Assembly (NCBI RefSeq): GCF_001194135.2
Contig: NC_068989.1
Span: forward strand, 69,106,721 to 69,170,720
Source of the DNA: Octopus bimaculoides
Taxonomy: Eukaryota
Length of the DNA: 64,000 nucleotides
Direction of reading: 5' to 3'
Shown here: positions 25,001 to 36,324 of the stretch, one piece after another
How the letters are laid out: each line of letters opens with the position of its first letter
Position numbering within the stretch: position 1 is the first letter of the stretch
The notes under the pieces: generated by a model
Database searches by the model: none
What the model saw: only the letters and a program-made list of their open reading frames with translations
Told to the model about the DNA's origin: nothing
Program-made: the position numbers and the translations under genes

Positions 25001-27791
25001 AGCCAGAGACAGTTTCAAGTGGGTTGGTATCAAAAGGGTCTAAGGAAATTTTATTGGAAATCTCATGATCCAGTGCCATTAGAAATAACTGTGTGCACAT
25101 TCAGCTATGGCTTCAAATTCAGTCTCTATGGCACCTCCAGCAAGTTTCTTGTAATATAGCCCCAGTTCCATCAAAACCTTGGGAATGGATTTGGTAGATG
25201 GAAACTAAAAGAAGCTCATTGTATATGTTTATGTGTCTATCATCATCATCATTTAACATTCGATGTTCATGCTAGTATGGGTTGGATGGTGTGACCAGAG
25301 CTGGTAAGCTAGGGGTTTGCACCAGACTCCAGTCTGATTTGGCATGGTTTCTATGGCTGGATGTCCGCCTAGTGTATATACATATATTCGTGAGTATATG
25401 TATGTTTGTGTTACTTTGTCTTGACATCACATGGTAGTAAATGAGTGTCACAGTCATACAAGCATTATTCATTTCTAATATTCTGTGAAAACACATCTGG
25501 CTATGGGGAAATATCACCTTGCTTGGAAACATGTGAGGATTGGTGACAGAAAGGGCATCCAGTTGTTGAAAATCTGCCTCAGTAAACACCATCTAACCCA
25601 TGCAAGTATAGAAAAGTAGAAGTTAAAACAATGATGATGAAATTAAATTAAATGTATTTGAAAATATTATATTTCGGAATGGTCATTTTGCCAATAAAAT
25701 ACCTTCATTACATTTGTTGATAGTAAAATGCATTTAAGTAACTTACCTTGCCAGACCAAGTACCCAATAAGCTTACACAGACTTTACCATCTTCATAAAG
25801 ATTAGGGTTGAGTCGATCAGCACAGTAGGACAAATAATGGAACCTGGGTGGTGATGCAGGGTAATCATTTGGCAACTGGACATCGAAAATAAATAGACCA
25901 TCTTCATAGGGAGTATTTGAAGGCCCAACTATCATCACTGAGAATAAGTCCTGAGAATAAAGAATAAAAAAAATATATTCAAACTCAGGATAAGAATTAC
26001 AGACTTTTATTCAAACTGGCAAAGTTGTTGCAGTGTCAGATAAAATGTTTCACTGTGATAGTTTTGTTTCTTTGCAGTCTTGAGTTCAAATTCCACCAAG
26101 GTAAACTTTGCCTTTCATCCTTTCAAGATCAATATAAAAGTACCAATCTAAGATTATAAACTGGTGGAACTGTAAAGATACTGGATCAGATGCCTTGTGG
26201 TGTTTGTTCCAGTTCTTTGTGTTAGAGTTAAAATCCCACAACTTTCTTCAGTGGTAGACTTAATGAGTGACCTGATTTAACACCATGGCCTGGCATCTTG
26301 GTTGCTTTTAACAAAATTCATGCTACTCCAGACTGATGATGAGCAATGACTCTGAAACCAGTCTCTGAATGCTGGTTTTGCTGGGTGGAGGTGCTTGTCT
26401 CCACTTTGGAAACATAAGGACACAGGAAATGTGTCAAGTCCAACAGGAAACAGTGTTTCCTAGGGCTAAATAGCAGTAGCATTCTTCCCTTTCATGGGAC
26501 TGTCACATTAAGTTGACAACATACCATCACTTTATCGTGCTGCTACTGCATAAATCTCTCTGAAAGATTTAGAAATGTATTATTTCTATTTTCAAAAATC
26601 AGTGAATGTATTTCAAAGGTGGATAGGCATCGACAGCCAGCAAGGCCATGCCTTTTTTGTCTACGACACGTTGTCTCCAGTTTGTTACCTGCGGTAAGGG
26701 AGTTCGTTTCCTGTTCTGTTTATTGTAAATTTATGTTATTTTGAAGTGAAATACTTTAATTGAAATCAAACTGTTGTCCTTTGAAAAACAGTAATTTTCG
26801 CTCTGCAGGGTGGAAAAATTTCTGTTAATTTTATTGTGAACTGTGATTTTTACGAATATATTGTCTGAAAATCTTCTTGTCATTTCTGACAAGTGTGAAG
26901 CAACGAAGTAATAGAGACCAAACCAGCTGTCAATTATGCTGCAGCAACAGGAAGGGGTTTGAATAATGATGTTTTGCAAGTGAAAGAAGTGAAGTTCAAT
27001 GAAAAGAGATTGAAAAAGTCTAATGAACTCATAGTTAAAGAAGGAAACAGCCTGAGGCTGACCCCGCCAAAAGAAGCAATAGAGGAAACAGCTAAAAAAA
27101 AACTGTAGTGTATAGAATGCTGTCAAATTCAAGTAAAAGGGTGGAAATAGCAACCGTTGAAGCAATGGAAGAATGTCTTAAGGACATTAAACACCTAATG
27201 ACATTCTACACCAGAGTCAAGAAGTATGGCACAGTGGAGGTAGGGTTTGCAACCGAACAGGACACAATAAAGCGCTCCATGGTGCCATTGAGGTCAGAAG
27301 AGTGGGCACTACAGCCAACCTACTGTGGCAAACGTGCAGCCAGAGTTAGGATTGGCAGAGTGCCCCCAGAAATCGATGAAGCGTGGCTGGTGTCAGCCAT
27401 CCTCTTCAACACGGAGGAGGAGACCAATGTGCTGAAGGTCATGAGGACAACAGAGGTAAACTGGTTTGGATACAGCCTCGAGGTGATGGTCCAAATCAGT
27501 TTACCAGACCTGCATAAAATTGCAGATGAAATTATGCTGCCAGAGGATGTTGAACTAAGAGTGGTAGTGGAGGGAAGACCTCCCATCTGCTACCACTGTG
27601 GAGTACGGGGACACATGAAAGCAAGGTGCCCCCAGAAACAAGAAGTAGAACAAGAGCAGCAGGAGGAGGAGGTGGAACAAGGAGTGGTAGTACAAAGCCA
27701 AGTAAGTGAAGAGATGGAAAATGTAGAAGGAAAATACTCAGTTGGAAAAAGAAAAAAGAGATGAAAATGCATATTCACCACCAAAAAGCCT

Positions 27792-27836
<45 letters not shown>

Positions 27837-30800
27837 AGAGAGAAAAGGCAACATAGAGGTGATACGAATTGAAAGAACAGAAATAACACAAAAGAAAATT
27901 ACAGAAGAAAAAACAAGTATGCGGAAAGGAAAGGAAGCAACAATAAAGAGTAAGAGAGAGACAGAGATGGTTGCGACACAAAAACCAGGAACATTAGGAG
28001 AGAATAGAGATGGGAAACAGGAAGGAGTACCGAAAGGAAAAAATGTGAGGATGATGATAGTATAAAAAGAGTGTAGAAATAGAGAAACGGATCACTAAAT
28101 TGAAAAATGTAATCAGAGTAAAATTATTGGGGAATGAGGATACTGAAGACAACAAGGCAGTTTTGAGTGAGTGAGTGAGTGAGATAGTGAGTGAGAGAGA
28201 GAGAGAGAGAGAGAGATTAAAAGAATTAGTTGGTGAACAAATTGTAATAACGGAGTTGCTGGTTCAATGCAACAAACTACCACCAGTGGTACCATTTGAC
28301 GACATAATAGAGTACATAGTAAATTGAAAGTAAGTGAAATTTGTAAAACTTAAAATAATGCTTAAAAAAAAAAAAACGTTGTAAAGAAGAATAATGAACT
28401 GTTCGTGAATAATGTGTTACATAAACAGTTAAATAACACTACCTGTGTGGGGTGTGCAGGTAAGACATTTCATTTTTCATTATATCATTATATTCATAAT
28501 TCCATTCAATCTATGTTTTTTGTACCCCACTGTATTGTGTTGTTTGTCTTTGCTTGTCCCTTCTTTGTAAGAGCCAATGTGCTTGTAATAAAGAATAAAG
28601 CTAGCAAGCCATGCTACTCCAGACTGATGACGAGCAATGACTCTGAAACCAGTCTCTGGATGCTGGCTTTGCTGCGAGGAGGTGCTTGTCTCCACTTTGA
28701 AAACATAAGGGCACAGGAAATGTGTCAAGTCCAACAGGAAATGGTGTTTCCTAGGGCTAAATAACAGTAGCATTCTTCCCTTTCATGGGACTGTCATATT
28801 AAGTTGACAACATACTATCAAAATCCAGTCTGTTGAATGTATTTGGGGCAGGTTTTCAGTTTTGAAGATATCTCCCCCACCTCCTTCCCTCCTGTCAATC
28901 ACAAAAACCCTGTAATAGGTCATGGGTACTAAGAGTACAACAAATTAGAATCTAATTAAACTATATTATAGAAAAGAAATTTTAACAATGATATTCCTTT
29001 TTTTCAGTCAATTTACTTTGAACTAAGCAGTTATAACACTTATAAGGTACAAATCCTCTGTTTGAACTTGGGGAATTAAGTTGACTGAAACGATTGACTT
29101 CAAATCAAGATTACAAAAATGACTCAAGGGAAATAACCACAACACAATTGAGTAAGAGTTTACAGCTTACATTACAGCATATATATTGCTCTTAAGAATA
29201 TATTATAAGTATTATTATTACAATAATATTCCTTCAGGCGTCGATAAATTAAGTACCAGTGGGACATTGGGGTAGATGACCAGTCCTCTCCCCACAAATT
29301 TCAGATATTGTGCCGTTAGTACAAAGGATTATTACAATAATATATGGTATTGCTATTATTACAATAGAAGAAGATGAAACAAACAAGAAACCTGGAGAAT
29401 ATCTATTTTCCAAAGATTTAGCAAAGATCCAAACAACTCACAAAAATGATTATACATTTATATATAAATAACAAAAGTAGTGAAAAAAAAAAATGAAAGC
29501 AGGAAAAATCAATACATACCATTCTCTCTTCAAATTCTTTAACAAAAATACCATCAGGAAGACTAGTTTTTAATAACTTTGACTAAAAAGAAAAAGAAAA
29601 TAAAAATAGAATTTCCAAACAAAAGGATGAATTATGTTCAAGTGGGTACTCAGGCAATACATATTCAATTTATTGCTCATATGTGTGTTCCATATTCACC
29701 TTATCCACTCTTAATGGTAAAGAGGGATGAAAATGAATGACTAGGAGCTGTTAATGTGTTAAGATTCTTTGTAATATGTAACTACATTAATACCAATACC
29801 AAATTACTAACTCCTTAACCATTTAGCATTTAAACAAACCATATCTGGCATAAATATTGTTTTATATTTAAACTGGCTAGATCTGATGTATCACATTTCC
29901 TTTACAATGACATTCAAAGCATATACAATCACATCATTGAAATCTTGAAATCACAAGATGATTAATTCAAAACAATGTGAATAAAAAAGCATTGTGTTTG
30001 ACAGAGTAATGTGAATGCTAAAAGGTTAATAAAATGTATATCAAAATTAACAATTATTATTTTGAAATTTGATTTAGTTTTATGACAAGATAATTAAAAA
30101 CTCAAAAAATTCTAGAGACTTCAACCTTGAGTTCTTCAGAAGCTCCTATCATAAGAATTACAGCTCCCAACATAGACAAATTACAAACTAACCTCTCGCT
30201 TAAGAGACATGAAGAAAGATCTTTGGCTGCTGAGGTGAGTATGATTACAGAAATGATGACAACTTAGAGATCCCTCAACGATTTGGAAGCCTAAAAGAAG
30301 TAAAAGTAAAATAAAGTTAGTAAAAAAAAAAAAACGTCCTCCTTCTCATTATTAATGCTTTAACAAAACTGTTCCATGCCTGCATGGGTCAAACACAACG
30401 TAGCTGAGGCAGGTTTCCCGACAGCTGAAAATGCTCTTCTTGTTACCAATCCTCACCTGTTTGTTTCCATGTATGATAATATTTCTTATAATCCTCTGAA
30501 TGATAAACAGCTCCAATGGCTGGACATGTTTTCATGGAAGATTGCAAATAAATGACATCAGCTGTATAATGGTGACTTTTGTTCACATTTAGCACACTCA
30601 TGTCAAGAAGTACGTGCTCATGCGCACACACATACTGATGCATGCATACACACATACTCACATATAAGCCAGTTTTTCCCCAGTTTCCATATGCAAAATT
30701 TCACTCACAAGAAACTAGTCAACTTGTGGTTATAATAGGATACAGGCCAAGTGTCCATGCAGTTCTGGGGAAAACATCCTAACTACAACAGTAAGTTTGT

Positions 30801-33800
30801 ACCTACAAAGACATTTCTGTTAAATACAAAGATTCTGTTCTTACAGAAAGAAAAACTCCAAAATCTAGCAGCATTTTGGAAATTTCAAGTAAAAATAAAA
30901 TTTTTAAAAAAGAGAGCTGAAGCTATTTTAACATTAAAAAAGGATGAGTTGTCAAGTTACTGGACAACTGACCACATAGTTGGAGGTTCAAATCTCACAA
31001 TAGTTATTGTATGTAAAAAAAAAACAAAAAAACACATGACTGTTTGCTCCAGTTGAAAGAGTGATAAAATGGGTTCTACTCACTTCATATGCAATATATG
31101 TACATTGGGTCATCCCTTGAATAATGCAGTTTTTTAATTGCATGAACTAAAAGTCAGAGGGGGATGGGATAAACTACCTGCATCAACTTGCTATAAAAGC
31201 AGGTAGTAATTTTACCATGTACTTATTCTTAGTGCAAGTTTTGAAAAGTGCAGTTCGATTTTAACAGTTTTTCAAAGCTATAATGGAAGTGACAAAGGAG
31301 CATATTCAGCATATTTTGCTGTATGAATTGAATAAAAGCAACAACACAATAGAAAGTGCATGGAATATCAATGCAATATATGGGGATCGGATAAGTGTAA
31401 GCCAGTGTCAACGGTGGTTCCAGAAATTCTAAACTGGAAACTACAGCTTAGAAGACGAGCCACATCCTGGAAGATCTGTAGAGCTTGACAAGAATGTCCT
31501 ACAAACCCTCGTGGAACAAAATTCCATCATAACTGTTGAGCAACGAACAGAGAAGCTTGGATTTGATCATTCAATCAGTCAGTCAAGTCAGAGCTTAAAG
31601 AAAAAAGACCATCTTTGGTTTCAAGACAAAAGGTGTTCTTCCATCAGGATAATATTTGGATATAAACAGCGAGAATGACATTCCAAAGGCTGGAGCAGTT
31701 TGAATGGGAAATGATGCCCCACCCACCATATTCACCGGACATTGCCCCATCTGATTATCAGTTATTCTGCAGTTTTCAAAATCATTTAGACAGAAAAAAA
31801 TTAGTTCTGTAGAAGAGGTTAGAACAGTACTAGAGGAGTATTTTTCATCACGGACAAGTGAATTTTGGAAAAGGGGCCTTACAAGTCTACCAGATAGATG
31901 GTAGAGCATTGTAGAAAATGAAGCTGAGTATATTTTAGATTAAAAAAGAAATTTGTTTATCTTAATTTTGAAAAATAAAAGAAGTATAAGAAAACTGCAT
32001 TATTTACAGGACGACCCAATATATATATATATGTGTATATATATATATGTGTGTATATATATATAACAGTTGAGGGAACCCGTGGAAGAGGTAGGNNNNN
32101 NNNNNNNNNNNNNNNNNNNNNNNNNNNNNNNNNNNNNNNNNNNNNNNNNNNNNNNNNNNNNNNNNNNNNNNNNNNNNNNNNNNNNNNNNNNNNNNNNNNN
32201 NNNNNNNNNNNNNNNNNNNNNNNNNNNNNNNNNNNNNNNNNNNNNNNNNNNNNNNNNNNNNNNNNNNNNNNNNNNNNNNNNNNNNNNNNNNNNNNNNNNN
32301 NNNNNNNNNNNNNNNNNNNNNNNNNNNNNNNNNNNNNNNNNNNNNNNNNNNNNNNNNNNNNNNNNNNNNNNNNNNNNNNNNNNNNNNNNNNNNNNNNNNN
32401 NNNNNNNNNNNNNNNNNNNNNNNNNNNNNNNNNNNNNNNNNNNNNNNNNNNNNNNNNNNNNNNNNNNNNNNNNNNNNNNNNNNNNNNNNNNNNNNNNNNN
32501 NNNNNNNNNNNNNNNNNNNNNNNNNNNNNNNNNNNNNNNNNNNNNNNNNNNNNNNNNNNNNNNNNNNNNNNNNNNNNNNNNNNNNNNNNNNNNNNNNNNN
32601 NNNNNNNNNNNNNNNNNNNNNNNNNNNNNNNNNNNNNNNNNNNNNNNNNNNNNNCTTGTGTTTTTTCTGGTAGTCTGACCTTAGAGTCCCTCATAGCGTG
32701 AGGCATTATCGTATAGTAATGCCCTTATATAAATATAAATATATATTTCGGGAATAAATGATGGATTTTTTCCCTTATGAGGTTTTTTTCACGCTAGCTA
32801 CTTGATAAATTCTTGTAAAAGAATTTGTCCTATTATTGAATTTATATATATATATATATATATATACACATACACACACACAAGGTGTAGAAACAAATGC
32901 TCCAAGAAAGAGAAAAAAAACCTATCCCATTGTTATGAGCAACAAAAAATGGATACATAGAGTACAAGTAACTTTTGAACAATTTCTGTTTTTTACATTA
33001 CAGCTGCTCTGCACCATCTTCCCTTTATGCACTGCCATTAATTATCACCTCCTCCTAGACCCACTCCTACTTTTCTTTACCTTCCCACCTTAAGTGGATT
33101 CACCTTTGACCACACCTCCACCCAAGTCTTTCATTCACAGCATGCACCTCTAATCATTTGTCACTCTTACATTCTTGCAAACCTACCAAGCCAGCCATCC
33201 TCAAACCTCGGTCCCTATTCTCTCACATTTGCTTGTCCCTATTCTTTCTCATATCTACTTCTTGTATTTTGAGGTTATGCCCTGATACCACATCAAACAA
33301 TCCTTTCTCCTTTTCTATTCAGAGTCATGATGTATCTCCTGCAAAGGAGACACATGGCTATCCCAATGAGGATAGCCATGTACCCTCTACTAGGCACCTG
33401 TTTGCAACCCACTCTCATATTTTAGCCTTTGAACACCTGGCACAAATCTACTTCCACCACTCAGCTGAGGGGTTTTGTGAGCTACTTGGTGACAATCATT
33501 AGTGCTGGTGACACAAAAAAAGCACCCAGAACACTGTAAAAAGGTTGGCATTAAGTGCATCTAACTGATGAAATCATCCAAAAGCAAATATTTAAGCATA
33601 ATGCAGTTCTCTGGCTCATCCGATCCAGTCAAACCCTCCAGTCCATGTTAACCCTTTGAAGATGGAGCCTCATTTGGAGTTTCAGTGCCAAAAAGAAAAA
33701 GCCCTTTTCACAAGGGCATGCACTTATTTTCAAAAAAAAAATTATAAAAAAACTAATTACTTTACATATATAAAACTATATATATTCTTGGAGGAAATTG

Positions 33801-36293
33801 AATGAACTAATATAATCTTCTTCATCATTCAACGTTTTGGCTGATAGATCAGCCCTGTCATCTCCTAAGGGTTAAATGATGAAGAAAGAAAAAAAGAAAC
33901 AAAGAAAATGAGAAAACATGCGAGTGAACTAAGTGGACTAACCATTTTCATTGCAGACTGCAGGGTCATGTTCAATAACGGTGGTGTCAAGTGAATTTAA
34001 GGTCTCTTTAACAAGGTTCGCAGCAGTGATGTCGATTTCATTTGCCTCTTGAGATTTCTCAGATGTAGCAGAACTAACATTTTTACAAGTATCATTAGAA
34101 TCGGAAACATTTTTTATATCTGCCTCTGAGCTTGTTTGAATGGCTTTGTTTTTATTGGGCCAACTGGATAGAGAAAACCAATCAAGACCAGGTGGAGCCT
34201 CGACATCATCGACAAAATCACTCTCAGTCTGAATACCTTTATCTTTATGCATATCATCACAGAAAGGACTGTTCTTTGTGGCTTCCAGTATTCGTTTCCG
34301 CCATTTCTTGTTCACTTCCTTCAGCGTCCGACCAATTCTGTCCTGCAGCAGTTTTACAAGACGTAAACACGAGTCCTTTGTATTTTCATTCCACTTTGTA
34401 CAATCGGGATTGAAATTTTTAAAGTCCTGAGTTGAAAAGATCAACTCGTCAAAGTCCAATTGTGTGTTTGGGTCTGGAGAACTCCCTGCTTCTGTCTTTT
34501 TATTTGTTGGAGATTTCCGAGTAACCGGATTATCTGAAATACCAGAACTACAGGCCGAGCTTTCATTTGTGGCACTTGACCCTGAGTCTTTGGAACTATC
34601 CTCTTTGGTTGTCATATTTGCTTTGTCTACACTTGATTCCTTACCAGCAACATTTGAGATGTATTGTTTTGTTGCCATCAATAAATTTGATGGCCGTTTG
34701 TTTGGAGAAGTTGTAAGTGGTATACAGCTGTCAGAGTGACTGTTACATGCTGTGTTAGTATTCAGCCGTTTGTGAATCTCCTCAGAGATTTGTAAAACCA
34801 AATCATTGATATCGGGATCGACGAAATGATACATTTTTAACAACATATCGAGACTTTGGCAGTTATAGAACATTTTGAGAACATTGTAAGGGTAGCCCGG
34901 ATCGTTGTTCTTGATCAAAGTCAAAAGGCGAGACAAAGCTCTGTTACCACGCTGAATTAAATTATCCAAATGCTCCTTCCGTTCATCATATGTTCCACAT
35001 CGTGAACTAGAAGAAATTAAACAGAAGATATTTAAGGTATATAAAACACAACTTCAGAAAATACAACAACAAATAATTATATATAAAAAAAAATAATGTT
35101 TATTTGTCAGAATTAAATTATAAATCAAGCAAATGAAATAATCACAACAAAACTCAGATTTTGATCATAGAGAAATCTGTTATCAAATTAAGATTGTATA
35201 TGCAGTTTCTTGATAAAATCTATAGTTAAAAGATAGATTACAATGTACTGATTTTCTCCCTACTCATTGATTGCTATATGAATATTGAAAATTGCATTAT
35301 TAGTTATTACAATTAATATTATAATTACCTAGAGAGTGATAGGCAGAACCAGTACTAAGTTGTAATAGTATTTAATTCTATCTCACCATGTTCCGTAGGG
35401 GAAGGAGTTCAATATTACTCCCCAATTCTGAATAATAACACAAGTACCTGTTGACAACTGAGGTTGATTCAATCCATTATGCCACTCACTGGCCAATATA
35501 TGGCTGGGACCAATGTTAAAAATCATTATTATAATTATTGTTACAACCAGTAATACTGATGCAGTCCAACAGTAAAGCTGGTAGCAAACATATTTCACAG
35601 TCCAATTCTGCTTCACTCACATTACCAAAGGTTTTGCTAAATAAATGAACATCAGTTCCCATTATACTTTTATTCCTTTGACTACCGCCATGCTGGAGTA
35701 CCACTTTAAGGGGTTTTAGTCAAACAAATCGACCCCAGGACTTATTCTTTATAAGCCTAGTACTTGTTCTATCAGTCTCTTTTTCCAAACCACTAAGTTA
35801 CAGGGACGTAAACACACCAACATTAGTGGTCAAGCGATGGTGAAGGGGAAGACAACAAACACACAAATACACACACACATACGACAGACTTCTTTCAGTT
35901 TCTGTCAACCATATAATTATAAATCTGATGGTTCTTGTTAAGAAATAACTTGTATTCCATCATAGAAATCATGTCAAAAGTAGAACATATGAATAAAACA
36001 AGACTCCAAAAGCTGCATTGCAGGCTATTCATTTAAGAGAGGAGCAATTAAAAATAATTGCTACAGAGTAAAAGGGACATTTTAGTCTTGTTTCAGATAA
36101 ACTCTAGTGGCAGTGGAATGATAAAGTGCATCCAGTCCATACAGGAAAGTGGTTGGTGACAAGAAGAACATTCAGCTGTACAAAGCATACAAAAACAAGG
36201 CAAAATAATATGAACGTACACAGGATGTGAATTCCACAAACTGCATCATAGGCTTTCTATCTAGCTACAGACAACTTCTCTTGTTGCCTGTCG

Positions 36294-36324
<31 letters not shown>

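Larger units (their letters stand above)
26319..28820 (+). mobile_element. Direct-repeat, hammerhead-bearing element encoding a CCHC ORF1/Gag-like protein, no RT
   Basis: 211-bp direct repeats 26319-26529 and 28610-28820 (12 mismatches by manual alignment); internal frameshifted ORF; AATAAAGAATAAAG just before repeat 2. Confidence 0.85.

Noticed and set aside
26319-28820. Classical LTR retrotransposon/TRIM reading of the 211-bp repeats (they contain TG...CA)
   Set aside because: No tRNA primer-binding site after repeat 1, no clear polypurine tract, only an imperfect AAATT/AAATC flank, and the ORF is LINE-ORF1-like. The hammerhead stem extends outside the repeat, which fits a permuted tandem better.
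30457-30561. In-frame 105-nt cassette-exon candidate ([11 protein letters not shown]...WKQT) with AG/GT
   Set aside because: It lies in a minus-strand SINE body and has no UBE2O similarity; the true exon is 30193-30290. SINE exonisation cannot be excluded without RNA data.
34132-34739. Plus-strand ORFs overlapping UBE2O exons (also 18792-19028, 39635-39826 and 52129-52407)
   Set aside because: Antisense shadows of real coding exons, with no independent motifs.
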